Origin: Candidatus Latescibacterota bacterium
GTDB taxonomy: Bacteria > Latescibacterota > UBA2968 > SICM01
Direction: 5' to 3'
Length of the DNA: 64,000 nucleotides
Assembly: GCA_965217865.1 (NCBI GenBank)
Contig: CBDCJO010000002.1
Location: 3,328,001 to 3,392,000, forward strand
Made by a program: the position numbers and the translations under genes. Below are positions 31,027 through 41,836 of the stretch, piece by piece. The notes under the pieces were generated by a model. That model was given only the letters and a program-made list of their open reading frames with translations, did no database searches and was not told where the DNA came from. Within the stretch, counting starts at the first letter, position 1; each line of letters starts with the position of its first letter.

Positions 31027-31304
31027 TTTCCTTTCTCCCTTTTTTTGGTTAAATTAGTTGTTTTAACTACACTTAATATAACTAAAAAGGGAAGAAAAGT
31101 CAAGCCTTAATCTGCTAATTGCGAAAAAAAATCACAGAAATAGAAAGTCAGGTTCTTGTTCTTGAAGAAACCATCGAAAGCGATAAGGAGCAGGAAGCCG
31201 AAGTAAAAACGGAATTAGAGGTTGCGAAAAAGGAGTCGGCGGATGTCGAAAAAGAAACAAAGGAATTGAAAAGAAAAATTGAAATGTTACAGGGGTAAGG
31301 CGAT

Positions 31305-31635
31305 AAGGAGGGGGAATGGAGATTAAGAGGCTGAGTTAGCACGCAGGGGTTACCGTCAGGCGGGGAAAGGCCGGTGCCCCAATTTTCCATGCGCGTGGAA
31401 AATTGGATTGGCCATTATCGGAAGCTACGGATCCTGTTCAACCTACATAAGAACAAGGCGGTTGCAGCGTTATGGATCAGGTGAAGCCAGTGGGAAGGCG
31501 TGCTCAATGAGGGGTTTAGATTGTTGCATATTCGGAATACAAATCCGAATATGCAACAAATCAAGGCTAAACTTGCAGAAGGAGATGGAATGGAGATTAA
31601 GAGGCTGAGTCAGCAGGCAAGGGTTACCGCCAGGC
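31305..31635 (+). repeat. Two imperfect ~55-bp direct repeats (31305-31361 and 31579-31635)
   Basis: Shared GGAATGGAGATTAAGAGGCTGAGT...GGGTTACCG.CAGGC. Confidence 0.75.
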
Positions 31636-32159
31636 TGTTCCTGGCCTTGGATCTCCTTCCCAGTTTTCCTTGACATCCAATATATCCCCCAGTACATTTC
31701 CTGTAGTCCAATCGAGCCCCTGATTCCCTATTGGGAGGGAGACGATGGACGTCGGGACAAGATAGGGGACAACGGTTATCATAAGCCGCATCTGGAGGTG
31801 CGGTTTTTATGTTTGGTACGTAAAAGCCATCGGCGTCATACTGAGAGTTGACCAAATTACCCGATAACAGTTGCCAGCACGCGTTGCGGGAGTGATCTCG
31901 GTAAGTATTTCACCTCAAAACCGACCTCGGGAGGGTAACGGTGCGGGACGAAGAGGCCGATTTTGCACAAGATAGACTCACTGCTGAAGATGAAATCCTT
32001 GGGGACTGCAGTTTTTTATCTGCGCCGGGTGAGCGCCCTCTTTTAAACAATCCGGGTAATTGCCGATAGTATTAAACTGCTCGAAGTCTGATCTTATTTA
32101 TATTTTAGTGCTCATAATAGCACGTCTTGTTGAACCGATTTACAGAAAGGATGAAACCG

Positions 32160-33854
32160 ATGAAATCACACGCCAACCTGCCCTACTTTTTTGCCGTGCT
32201 TCTTGTCTCCTCAACCAGCCTCGCCAGTGCCCAGAACACGGGCTCTTCTCCGGTCCTTCAGGCGATGAAGGACGAAATATCTCGCTCTTTGGAAACGTCA
32301 AAAGAGCAGCCAGCCCCCCCCTACTTTCTCAGCTACGAGATTACCGAAATGCACACCGCAAATGTGTCCGCCTCGTTTGGCGTACTCACAGGGAGCGACG
32401 AAAACCGTCGCCGCCAGCTCGACATCGACTTGCGCGTCGGCGACTACACGCTCGACAATACCCACCCCATCCGTGGAGGCTTTCCCAACTGGGCTGATCG
32501 CTACTCCCTGATCACAATTCCCGTCGAGGATGACCCCGATGCGATTCGCAGCGTCCTCTGGTATCATACCGACAAAAAGTACAAGCGTGCGGTCGAACAA
32601 CTGACAAAGGTAAAAACCAATGTTCAGGTGAAAGTTGAGGAGGAGGATCAGTCAGATGACTTTTCGCGAGAACCAGCGGAGAACTACATCGAGGAACCGG
32701 TCACGGTAAGAATCGATCGCAGTGTGTGGGAGGAGAAACTCAAAAACTACACGGCGCCCTTCGCCCAATACAGCGATATCTACGAAGCAAGCGCAAGAAT
32801 GCATATAAATTGCGAGACCCGCTGGTATGTAAACAGTGAGGGGGCTGAGATTCAAACGTCACAGGTATACTATCGCCTCTTCATCTTTGCGTTCTCAAAG
32901 GCCGACGACGGCATGGAGCTACCGCGCTACGAGTCATTCTTGGCCTTTAAGCCCGATGATCTTCCAGACGACGCAACATTGCTCAAGGCGGTCGATAAGA
33001 TGATTGAGGACCTACAGGCTCTACGGGCGACCCCCATCGTCGATCCCTACACCGGCCCGGCGATTCTCTCAGGTCGGGCCAGCGGCGTCTTTTTCCACGA
33101 GGTCTTCGGGCATCGCATCGAGGGACATCGACAGAAGAAAGCGGAGGAAGGTCAGACCTTCAAGAAAATGGTGAATGAGAAGGTCCTGCCCGATGTCTTC
33201 TCGGTCTATTCCGACCCGACCCTCTACCGAATCGGGACAACGGACCTTGCTGGCGCTTACAAATATGATAATCAGGGGGTAAAGCCACGGCGGGTGACAG
33301 TCATCGAGAACGGAGTGTTCAAGAAATTCCTGATGTCTCGTTCCCCCATCGAGGGCTTCTCCAACTCGAACGGGCACGGCCGCAAACAGCCAGGATTTAA
33401 ACCTGTTGCACGCCAGTCGAATCTCATTGTCGAGGCATCTCAATCCGTTTCGCGGGCAGACCTCAAGAAGATGCTCATTGAGCAGTGCAAAAAGGAAAAT
33501 AAGGTGTTCGGACTCTTCTTCGAAAACATTCAGGGTGGCTTCACAATCACGGGCCGTATGCTTCCGAACGCCTTCAATGTGCTTCCGATCATGGTCTACC
33601 GCATATACCCCGATGGGCGGGAGGAACTGGTACGCGGCGTGGACCTTATTGGGACACCGCTCACTGCTTTCAGTATGATTGCTGCAGCGGACGATCAGGT
33701 GGAGGTTTTTAACGGTATCTGTGGCGCGGAGTCGGGTGGTGTTCCAGTCTCGGCGGTATCGCCGGGCATCTTCGTCTCACAGATTGAGGTGCAGAAGAAA
33801 TTGAAGTCTCAGGAGCGACCACCCCTCCTCCCAGCGCCTTTCGAGGAACTATAA
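32160..33854 (+). CDS. tldD: TldD-family metalloprotease, catalytic subunit, with signal peptide
   Basis: FFHEVFGHRIEG, YDNQG, SNGHGR, GICGAESG; N-terminal h-region ending ASA-Q. Confidence 0.85.
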   Translation: MKSHANLPYFFAVLLVSSTSLASAQNTGSSPVLQAMKDEISRSLETSKEQPAPPYFLSYEITEMHTANVSASFGVLTGSDENRRRQLDIDLRVGDYTLDNTHPIRGGFPNWADRYSLITIPVEDDPDAIRSVLWYHTDKKYKRAVEQLTKVKTNVQVKVEEEDQSDDFSREPAENYIEEPVTVRIDRSVWEEKLKNYTAPFAQYSDIYEASARMHINCETRWYVNSEGAEIQTSQVYYRLFIFAFSKADDGMELPRYESFLAFKPDDLPDDATLLKAVDKMIEDLQALRATPIVDPYTGPAILSGRASGVFFHEVFGHRIEGHRQKKAEEGQTFKKMVNEKVLPDVFSVYSDPTLYRIGTTDLAGAYKYDNQGVKPRRVTVIENGVFKKFLMSRSPIEGFSNSNGHGRKQPGFKPVARQSNLIVEASQSVSRADLKKMLIEQCKKENKVFGLFFENIQGGFTITGRMLPNAFNVLPIMVYRIYPDGREELVRGVDLIGTPLTAFSMIAAADDQVEVFNGICGAESGGVPVSAVSPGIFVSQIEVQKKLKSQERPPLLPAPFEEL

Positions 33855-33876
33855 AACCCCCTGAAAGGAGGAGGTT

Positions 33877-35646
33877 ATGCGACGAATGATCGTACTTAGT
33901 GGGATTCTGGGGGTCGTGATCACATTTTCGCCATCACACGCGGAAGAGGGGATCCTGGTGAGAGCCATGCACGATGAGCTCGTGCGTTCGATGGAGAAGC
34001 TCCAGCTCGAAGACCTGGAGAAACCCTATTTCATCGCCTATCGTGTGCAAGAGAAAAAGGCTGCGAGCGTTTCTGCCACCTTCGGCAGCCTGCTCAGCAG
34101 CAGCGAGAGCCACACGCGCCTACTCACCGTGGAGGTGCGAGTCGGGGATTATGCGCTCGACAACACCAACTTCTTTTCCATGTCCTTCGGACGCTCTGGT
34201 GTTTCCCGTATGTTCAGAGGGACCGTTCGGCTTCCCCTTGAAGATAATTACAAGGAACTGAGAAGACAGATCTGGTTGGCCACCGATGGGGCGTATAAAA
34301 AGGCGCTTGAAGATCTGTCCAAGAAACGCGCAGCGCTCCAGCACAAGATGCGCATCGAGGAAATTCCCGACTTTAGCAAAGAGGAGCCTGCCACAATCAC
34401 GGACTGGACAGCGCCTGTGGAAATGGACCGCGTCGAAGCGGGGACATTGGTGCGTGACCTCTCCAGGCTCTTCAAGGAGATGCCGGACATCTTCACTTCC
34501 ACCGTTAATCTTGGCGTGAGCAACGTGGTTGCCCACTATGTGAACAGCGAAGGAACATCGTTCACGAGGATCACCCCGGCGCTGACATTTACAGCACTTG
34601 CAGGGACGCAGGCTCCCGATGGAATGCCGTTGGAAAATTTCATAGCCGTGCACGGACACTCGATGGACGACCTCCCCCCAAAACCCGAACTCGCCGCGCA
34701 CATTCGAGAGATGGGTGTGCATTTGCAGAAACTGCGTGAAGCGCCGCTTGTCGAGCGCTACACCGGCCCTGTGCTCTTCGAAGGACAGGCAGCCGGGGAG
34801 CTGTTCAGCCAGGGTTTCGTACCAAAGCTTCTTGCCTCGCGCCGTCTCCTCTCGGACAATCCTGCGTTCGAAAGAATCAATCTGCAGAGAGAGAATCCTT
34901 TTCTGGACAAGCTCGGCGCACGCGTGCTGCCCCGGTTTCTGAGCGTCGTGGACAATCCGACCCTGACGAATTACAGGAAGACAAAACTTGAAGGTGGATA
35001 CAAAGTCGACGATGACGGTATTCCTGCAAGCGAGACGAAGCTTGTTGAGAAGGGAGTTCTCAAAACCCTGCTAACGACGCGCAACCCGGTCCGGGGGATC
35101 ACGCAGAGCACAGGCAATCGACGTGGTCCAGGGCCTGCGCCGACCAACCTCTTTCTCACGGCTGAAAAAGGATTCAAAGACAAGGAGATCAAGAGGGAAT
35201 TCCTCAACATGGTCAAGCAGCAGGGGAAGGACTATGGCATCGTCGTACGGCGCCTCGGCAATCCGACCCTCAAAGTATCTCGTGACAGGAGGGTCTCAAT
35301 GTTTGCCCGACCTGGCAGGGAAGAGAAAAAAATAGAAGGCGTCATTCTCGCCTACAAGATGTTCACGGATGGACACGAGGAGTTGATCCGCAATGCAGAA
35401 TTGTCGGGCATCAGCGTGGCAACGTTTAAGGACATTTTGGCTGTATCGAAGGGGCAAACAGTGTATAATTTCCGTTTTTCGCGTCAAAGCTCCGCGCCCT
35501 TCTTAGGCAGGGGGCCGCATGAGATGGAGATCGTGGTGTCTCTCATCGTGCCGTCCCTGGTCCTCTTCGAGGATATAACCCTCAAGCAACCAAGCGGTGA
35601 GATATCCAACCCGCCGGTGTCCAAACATCCTTTCTTCGACAAGTGA
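33877..35646 (+). CDS. TldE/PmbA-like non-catalytic partner with signal peptide
   Basis: Paralogous N-terminus (PYFIAY, VRVGDY.LDN), YTGPVLF, DDDG; no HExxH; signal ending SHA-E. Confidence 0.8.
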   Translation: MRRMIVLSGILGVVITFSPSHAEEGILVRAMHDELVRSMEKLQLEDLEKPYFIAYRVQEKKAASVSATFGSLLSSSESHTRLLTVEVRVGDYALDNTNFFSMSFGRSGVSRMFRGTVRLPLEDNYKELRRQIWLATDGAYKKALEDLSKKRAALQHKMRIEEIPDFSKEEPATITDWTAPVEMDRVEAGTLVRDLSRLFKEMPDIFTSTVNLGVSNVVAHYVNSEGTSFTRITPALTFTALAGTQAPDGMPLENFIAVHGHSMDDLPPKPELAAHIREMGVHLQKLREAPLVERYTGPVLFEGQAAGELFSQGFVPKLLASRRLLSDNPAFERINLQRENPFLDKLGARVLPRFLSVVDNPTLTNYRKTKLEGGYKVDDDGIPASETKLVEKGVLKTLLTTRNPVRGITQSTGNRRGPGPAPTNLFLTAEKGFKDKEIKREFLNMVKQQGKDYGIVVRRLGNPTLKVSRDRRVSMFARPGREEKKIEGVILAYKMFTDGHEELIRNAELSGISVATFKDILAVSKGQTVYNFRFSRQSSAPFLGRGPHEMEIVVSLIVPSLVLFEDITLKQPSGEISNPPVSKHPFFDK

Positions 35647-35773
35647 CCGTGCCAAGTGGAATAGGTGCGGACCGCCGAGATATTGATGACACTTTTCAAC
35701 AGATAATCTCCAAAACATTGACTTTCCCCCTCACAAGCTTGAAACCAAAGACCCTTCGAACGGCTTGGTGTTC

Positions 35774-35810
35774 GCAAAAAAAAACCCACCTTGAAGGCGG
35801 GCTTTTTTGC
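35774..35810. terminator. Bidirectional intrinsic terminator
   Basis: A9-CCCACC-TTGAA-GGCGGG-CT6 between convergent genes. Confidence 0.7.
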
Positions 35811-35830
35811 ACCTGTACAACACCTCTGGA

Positions 35831-36955
35831 TCAGGCTGCAATTTCTGACCTGAGGGAACGCCATTCCTGACGCTGGTGCTTCACATTTGACTTGAGTTCG
35901 GAATAGCGTTTTTTCATGACCACCCGTTCAGGGTGTGTCTTCCCCTGGGTGTGTCTAACTTCAACCCATTGTTTTTGGAATGCATCCTGGTCCTCCAGGG
36001 CGAGGCTCAGCTTTTTGTAGCCCCCTTCCAGGCGTTGTATCCAGTGGCTGGATGCCTGTGATTGGGCTATTTTATTTATGGCCCGGTTGTATTGCGTCTT
36101 CAGGTGGGCTTGCTCAATCTTTAAATTGGAAGGCCGTTTCAGGCCATACGACAGCCTCAGCCAGGAACTGAGCTTAATCACCCATTTGCCCGGATCAAAA
36201 TGCCACCACCTGACCCCGTTTCGATAGTCCCACTGAAATCGGTGGTGATAGTTGTGATACCCCTCCCCGTAGGTAAAAAATGCCAGCAAATGGTTGTCCC
36301 GGGCAGTATGATCATCGACATAGGACTGCCCTCCCCAAATGTGGGCAAGGGAATTGATAAGGAAGGCAAAATGATGGTTCAAAACCAGACGCAGCACCCC
36401 TGCAAGCAGCACAACACCCCACAACTTTCCGTGCCAGTAGCCAAGTAAGAGGGGAAAAACCAGATTGGTCACAACCGCAAGGTGAAAATAATATTTGTGT
36501 TGCCAGCGAACGACGGGATCAGCAATCAGGTCTTTGACATTGGAAAAGTCGTCCTCTCCGCTGTCGTGTTTCCTCAGAATCCAGCCAATGTGTGAAAACC
36601 AGAATCCGCGTTTTGCAGAGTAAGGATCCCTGTCGTCCAGATCCACAAATCGGTGATGATTTCGGTGGTCAGATGCCCAATGGAGAACGCTGTTTTGCAG
36701 TGCACATGCACCCCATATAGCCCAGAAAAGGCGGTACAGAAAATGGGCTTCATAAGCTTTATGGGACCACAACCGGTGATATCCGGCCGTGATCGATATG
36801 CCGGTTAGACCCATAAACAGAAAAAACACAAACCATTCAAACCCATCATACCCCACCTTGTATCCATAGTAAGGAACAACACTGACGGCAAGCAATGGTG
36901 TGGTCGTCAAAATCAGCGCGTTAAGCTTGTTCAAAGGTGCTTTTTGTTCTGGCAC
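35831..36955 (-). CDS. Delta-9 acyl-CoA (fatty acid) desaturase
   Basis: His boxes HRLWSH, HRNHH, HNYHH; INSLAH; GTG start with GGAGG RBS. Confidence 0.92.
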   Translation of the reverse strand: MPEQKAPLNKLNALILTTTPLLAVSVVPYYGYKVGYDGFEWFVFFLFMGLTGISITAGYHRLWSHKAYEAHFLYRLFWAIWGACALQNSVLHWASDHRNHHRFVDLDDRDPYSAKRGFWFSHIGWILRKHDSGEDDFSNVKDLIADPVVRWQHKYYFHLAVVTNLVFPLLLGYWHGKLWGVVLLAGVLRLVLNHHFAFLINSLAHIWGGQSYVDDHTARDNHLLAFFTYGEGYHNYHHRFQWDYRNGVRWWHFDPGKWVIKLSSWLRLSYGLKRPSNLKIEQAHLKTQYNRAINKIAQSQASSHWIQRLEGGYKKLSLALEDQDAFQKQWVEVRHTQGKTHPERVVMKKRYSELKSNVKHQRQEWRSLRSEIAA

Positions 36956-37221
36956 ATCCTCCCCCTTCTTGGTGGTTGTCGACGTTCAGAGCGAGAACCC
37001 GCTTGACTAATCAAGATCTACGATAACATACCTTTATCCTCACCAAATGACAAAAAAACAGCTTTAATTATAATCATTTCGAGCTAACAAAGTCAAGGGT
37101 AATCCAAATTAACCTGGAATCCGACGATTGGAAATGTGATCCTATCGGCAAATCCATCTTATTCAACTGTCCCAAATACCAGACCAATATAAGATCAGTT
37201 CGGAATGCGACTTCCGATGGG

Positions 37222-38988
37222 TTATCCATCCATAGGCAGGCCGAAATCGTCCCGGACCATGAATCCATCCAACCAGCTCATAGGCACACAGCGGTACATA
37301 CTTTCCGCGAATGCCTTCATCCGCGGAAGCTCTTCCTCGTGACCAAGCAGCCGAGTCATCGCCCAGCCGCTGAGTCGGTTGGCCATCCAGTGTGAATCCC
37401 ATATGCAAAGGCCGTCCACTCCGGCCTCGTAGCAGGACATTGCACGGATCCGTCTGAATTCGCCTGCCTGCCGCCGGGGGTAAAGGTCTGCATATACCTG
37501 GGTACCGGTCCCTTGCGCCAGATCGATGTAGGGTCGGAGCCGGGGAATGCTGTCCCTGCCGTCGGGATCCCCTTTGTTTTCGAGGTGAACGACCAGGTGG
37601 TCAACAAGATCTTCTCTCACCCATGTTTCCACGTCCATCGCACGCGACCGAGGGGTGGTGAACGGCCCTAGATCCGGACAACCTCCGGGTGCGAAGGTGT
37701 CGCCCGGAATCACGTAGCAGGTGCCGAGGCGCCTCCCCTTTTCTTTTCCCACTTCGTCAAGCATATCACGCGTGTCACGTAAAAGTTGCGTCAGAAATCC
37801 GGCCCGGTGGTTGAGGACTCGTTCGTCAAAGCGATCCAGATCTTTCATGTTCAGCCCGTGCTTACTCCTAAAGCTGTCCAGGGCGGGCTGTTCGTAGAGC
37901 ACATAGGGAAACGAGCGGCAGAAAATGATACAAACCCCATCCACCTCGTAGTCCTCGACCCACTCTCTGAAGAGATCCACGTACTTTGCTCTTACTTCCG
38001 GAAATGCCTGGCTAAGATGACGAGCAGGGCGGCCCTCGGGTGTAACGCACCGCCATTCTGGATGTTGCCTTTGAAATTCCCCTGGGCCGAGAAATCCGAG
38101 GTGATTCGGCGGGAGTTGCTCTCCAAGCATCCGGACCTCCGCGTAGATTTCAATGCCAATATCCCTGGCCGCCCGCGCGGCAGCTCTGAGTGGATTGAAT
38201 CCGTGTCGACGATAGCGGTCCATAACCTCCAAGCCGTGACGATTGTATCCCGATAGCCCGAAGGACCACTTCATCTCGGATGCCACGCGAGAAGCGTAAT
38301 GGGTTGCGAAGGAACTTGCACAGCCCCAGAGCACCATCTTGAAGTCGCTGTTGGCCAGGGCCTGGAACTCATCGGCCATCTCCTGGTCCGTGGCATAGGC
38401 CCACTTGTGGTGCTGACCGCCGTCGTAGTTGGCGATCAATCGTCTGGTATCTCTCCTGGTGAGATCCTTTTTCGCAATGGACTTTTCCGAATCGGACATG
38501 GGGACAAGACGGATGTAAGAAATGTTCGTGCTGCTTTCTGCGATTGCCCCAGCCGCCGGTCTGTGAAAGGTGATATCCTGACCGGTGAGGTCCGCGGATT
38601 TCCAGTAGGCTTCGCAGATGTCCGCAGGGCCCGGAACCATCTCAGGGGATACAAAATCCTTGCCCGGCCGAAAGGTCTCCGCCACGGCCCTGGTATATCC
38701 TGGATCGCCGCTCAGCTTGATCAACAGACACCAATCCGGGGTTGCCTGCTCCGACCGGTAGGTACCGACAAGAATATGGTACCACCCCTGGACCCCAAGC
38801 GTGAGCCAAAGGGGTGGGGCCTTCGTGTCCGGACCGCAGAAGAGCATCTTCCCTTCGCCCTGATCGATCCTGTAGCTGCAGCAGGTCCACTTACCCTTCT
38901 CGAACTCCTCTGAGATCGCGTTCCCGGGCTCACACGCCGTCATGTCGAGTAAGTAAACAGATTCGTCTTCCCTGTCCATAGTCTCCAT
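37222..38988 (-). CDS. Glycoside-hydrolase-like (GHL10-type TIM barrel) hypothetical protein
   Basis: HPEW, AFPEVR, YEVDGV, MDVETWVREDLVD, GVDGLCIWD pattern. Confidence 0.6.
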   Translation of the reverse strand: METMDREDESVYLLDMTACEPGNAISEEFEKGKWTCCSYRIDQGEGKMLFCGPDTKAPPLWLTLGVQGWYHILVGTYRSEQATPDWCLLIKLSGDPGYTRAVAETFRPGKDFVSPEMVPGPADICEAYWKSADLTGQDITFHRPAAGAIAESSTNISYIRLVPMSDSEKSIAKKDLTRRDTRRLIANYDGGQHHKWAYATDQEMADEFQALANSDFKMVLWGCASSFATHYASRVASEMKWSFGLSGYNRHGLEVMDRYRRHGFNPLRAAARAARDIGIEIYAEVRMLGEQLPPNHLGFLGPGEFQRQHPEWRCVTPEGRPARHLSQAFPEVRAKYVDLFREWVEDYEVDGVCIIFCRSFPYVLYEQPALDSFRSKHGLNMKDLDRFDERVLNHRAGFLTQLLRDTRDMLDEVGKEKGRRLGTCYVIPGDTFAPGGCPDLGPFTTPRSRAMDVETWVREDLVDHLVVHLENKGDPDGRDSIPRLRPYIDLAQGTGTQVYADLYPRRQAGEFRRIRAMSCYEAGVDGLCIWDSHWMANRLSGWAMTRLLGHEEELPRMKAFAESMYRCVPMSWLDGFMVRDDFGLPMDG

Positions 38989-39042
38989 ATCCCGTGCGCA
39001 AATGGGACATCCCCCTGAGGGGAAGTCACTTTGAAAGAAAGC

Positions 39043-40197
39043 TTAGACTTCGGCGGAGATCTCCAGAGCGAACACCGTGTCCCGCGGCTTCGCGCAGTCG
39101 GAGGACCGGTATCCGGTCACATCGAATACGAGGACGAAGCGGCTGGGTCCGACTGCCACCAGGCCTGTCATGCCGCTGGTGTGATCGTTGCGTCCGAACA
39201 GGGATTCCTCGGGAACGATGCGCAGGGTGTTTGTCCACAGGCGCCCGACACCATCCGCGGAGAAGGCGACCTTCTGCCCCGGCCGCCCGAAAGCCAGCAC
39301 AGCGGTGCCGTTCTCCAGGCACACGAGCGACGGTGACACATTGCCGGCGTTGGAGTGGGTCTTTCCCTCGTTGCGCAGCGGCCGCTGGGAGCGGATCCGG
39401 TACACCGGAGGCACCCCTGCCGGCACGCCATCCTCCTCCCAGGTCACCCCGTCGTCGCTGGAGCGGAAGCTGGCCAGGTAGCGCCATTCGTCGCCCGGAT
39501 ACTCCGTCCTTGCCACGACCAGCAGGGAGCCATCGGTCATGCGGGCCATGGTCGGCTCGGTGAACCCACCATGGCCGGGGTCGGTGGCGCCTCCGATCGT
39601 GGAGACATAGTGGAAAGTGTGGGCGCCGTCCGCGCTGCGGAAGAGCATGAGACGGCACCAAGCTCCGTTGCAGTGGGCGCCGAGCAGGGTCCAGGCGGTC
39701 TCGCCCTCGCGTAGAAACCCGTACTGGTAGACGAACTGCTCGCATTGGCCCCAGTAGGACCGCGGTGATTCCAGATCGATGGAGATCTCATCCGGTAGCT
39801 GGAAGACCGCGCCGACCCGACCCTCGCAGAAGGTGGCACCACGATCCTGCGTCTCGCAGCGATTGCCGACAATCAGGTGCGGGTCCTCGACGCGCAGCTC
39901 GTTGAAATAGAGCAGCGTGTCATCTTCAAGCACCAAGGGCTCGGAGGCCGGACCGATGGGCATAGCCCGGGGTGGACTCCAGGTACGGCCGTCGTCCAGG
40001 CTGATGCAGTTGACGGGACGCGTCTGCCGATTCAGCCACGGGGACACGTAGAAGTGGGCATACAGCGTTCCATCCGAGAACCGCGCCGCGTGTGGATAAC
40101 CTCTCACCCCCGCGTCGAAGTCATCATCCGCGCGGTCAGGAGTAGCTTGGTCGATGATCTCTGGAGCTTCGACACGAAGCTGGATGGGATCGGCCAT
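39043..40197 (-). CDS. BNR/Asp-box sialidase-like protein
   Basis: Asp boxes SLDDGRTW, TQDRGATF, SADGAHTF, SSDDGVTW; FTEP; start may be TTG 40233. Confidence 0.8.
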   Translation of the reverse strand: MADPIQLRVEAPEIIDQATPDRADDDFDAGVRGYPHAARFSDGTLYAHFYVSPWLNRQTRPVNCISLDDGRTWSPPRAMPIGPASEPLVLEDDTLLYFNELRVEDPHLIVGNRCETQDRGATFCEGRVGAVFQLPDEISIDLESPRSYWGQCEQFVYQYGFLREGETAWTLLGAHCNGAWCRLMLFRSADGAHTFHYVSTIGGATDPGHGGFTEPTMARMTDGSLLVVARTEYPGDEWRYLASFRSSDDGVTWEEDGVPAGVPPVYRIRSQRPLRNEGKTHSNAGNVSPSLVCLENGTAVLAFGRPGQKVAFSADGVGRLWTNTLRIVPEESLFGRNDHTSGMTGLVAVGPSRFVLVFDVTGYRSSDCAKPRDTVFALEISAEV

Positions 40198-40404
40198 GGT
40201 GCCCAAGATACGACTCCCGGGGTCTCGCTGCAACTCCTTTCAGTCGCAGGCCTTTACCTGTCCCCAACTCCTCTCGGTGACAGCCGTGAGCAGGGCGGGA
40301 GGGTGACCGGGGACCACGTTGGTAATTTTGGATATGCCAAAATTATGGTTGATAAAGGCACTCACATCATTATCAGAGGAGATTTGGGTGCCAGAAAGAA
40401 TACA

Positions 40405-40447
40405 GAAAAAACGGCCGGTACCCCACAGAAAATAGGGACCGGCCGTC
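40405..40447 (-). terminator. Probable intrinsic terminator
   Basis: ACGGCCGGT...ACCGGCCGT stem followed by a T run on the minus strand. Confidence 0.55.
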
Positions 40448-40708
40448 TCACAGTTCTGCTTCAGGCAAAAAGCATCTGCCTAAAAGCCGTATGACAGTGG
40501 AAATTCTTAAGGCGTGCCGACTGCCTACAGATCCTCAAGGCACAGATTCCCCAGAGATCAAAGACCTGAGCTTGCATCCTGAATACGATACGCCTGCGCC
40601 TATCCCCTTCAGAGGACTTTTTCTAGCTCCATCTCTCTCTTCATCTTTGAACCACACCCACAAACAACCATTTACTGTACCATTCACCCCCATGTGTTCA
40701 CAATGATC

Positions 40709-41200
40709 TCACAAACCTAAATCTGTCATAGTGTTCGCGATCCTTTCCACCTCAGCCTTCACGCGATGGATGTCCTGATAGATCATCGGAATTGCCTCAT
40801 CGATCCGGTTTACCGCATCCATCACACTCCCGGTTTCCAGGGCGTCTTCGACCATTTTGATTCGAGGTGGCAGCTCCCCCGAACCTGGACTGCCTTTCCA
40901 CCGATCTGTTCTTGGATTAGACCATAAACTGAATTCAAACCCCGCACCCATTCGTATGCCCTCTGCGATCCCTGACGTCGTGCCCGTCGTTAAGATATGC
41001 TTCTTGGTCGCCTCCAGGAGCTGTTTGGTGATCGTCAGGGACTTCAACTGGGCGTCTTTCTGGGCCTTTACAGCGCCGATGTGGGCATGCATGGCTTTGA
41101 CAATAGGCCAAACGGTAGATTGTCCAACAGCAGATGTCGAAATCCCCCCCGACAGGACGGTTACCAGAACGACAGCTGAATACCGACGTGGTAGTGACAT
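40709..41200 (-). CDS. Hypothetical exported protein
   Basis: GGAGG RBS; signal-peptide-like N-terminus; no family recognised. Confidence 0.55.
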   Translation of the reverse strand: MSLPRRYSAVVLVTVLSGGISTSAVGQSTVWPIVKAMHAHIGAVKAQKDAQLKSLTITKQLLEATKKHILTTGTTSGIAEGIRMGAGFEFSLWSNPRTDRWKGSPGSGELPPRIKMVEDALETGSVMDAVNRIDEAIPMIYQDIHRVKAEVERIANTMTDLGL

Positions 41201-41609
41201 TTTATTCCTCCCGTGTTTTGGGTGAGTGGAGCCACGTTTTCTCATTTTCACTTCTAATATCGGGTTTTACCTGAATAAATGCTGTGACAGTGATCAACAT
41301 TCGGAAGGAGCGAGGGCGTCTCCCCCAACAGGGCAGCCTCACGGCAGCATTCATACAGTCCAGCACGTTCCGCGTCTGCTGTCTCAAGGACTGGGTAGGT
41401 AACGATCTTACAACTGGAGACAAGGTGATTTCAAATGGGGAATCCGCCGTAAACGACCAAGAATAACTGTGTCCTTATAAGTCCGAGTTCCGCAACGGGA
41501 GGATCAAGGAGAATGCGTCTGGTCGAATATAAAAAGTGCTTATGTCATCTGACAAGAAAAATAAAATATCCCCTGAATTAGAATCCTCTTGAATTATAGA
41601 TACTAATCT

Positions 41610-41790
41610 ATTCGTAAGGCGTGATGAAAAAGGCTATCGAGCAATTCCAATGAAGGACCTGCTATACGAGACGTTGAGAAAACACCTCAGACCCAGTACA
41701 AGTCCTCTCGTGTTCCATTATAAGGACGGTTCACGATGCCCAGATGTCCGGTGGAGTTTTGGGTCTACCTTGAAGCGAGCGGAATATGCA
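41610..41790 (+). pseudogene. Tyrosine recombinase (integrase) remnant
   Basis: RAIPMKDLLYETL...SPLVF..KDGSR..DVRWSF..TLKRA resembles the segment before the HxLRH box; lies at the tRNA 3' end. Confidence 0.5.
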
Positions 41791-41794
41791 TCAA

Positions 41795-41826
41795 AAAAGG
41801 GTTATGGCTAATCACCATAACCCTTT
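41795..41826 (-). terminator. Hairpin downstream of tRNA-Leu
   Basis: AAAGGGTTATGG-loop-CCATAACCCTTT, T run on the minus strand. Confidence 0.6.
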
Positions 41827-41836
41827 GATATTTATG

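Noticed and set aside
31305-31635. CRISPR repeats
   Set aside because: Only two imperfect copies separated by ~220 bp
41240-41470. Riboswitch upstream of the exported protein
   Set aside because: No recognisable Rfam-type motif by eye; an Infernal search would be needed
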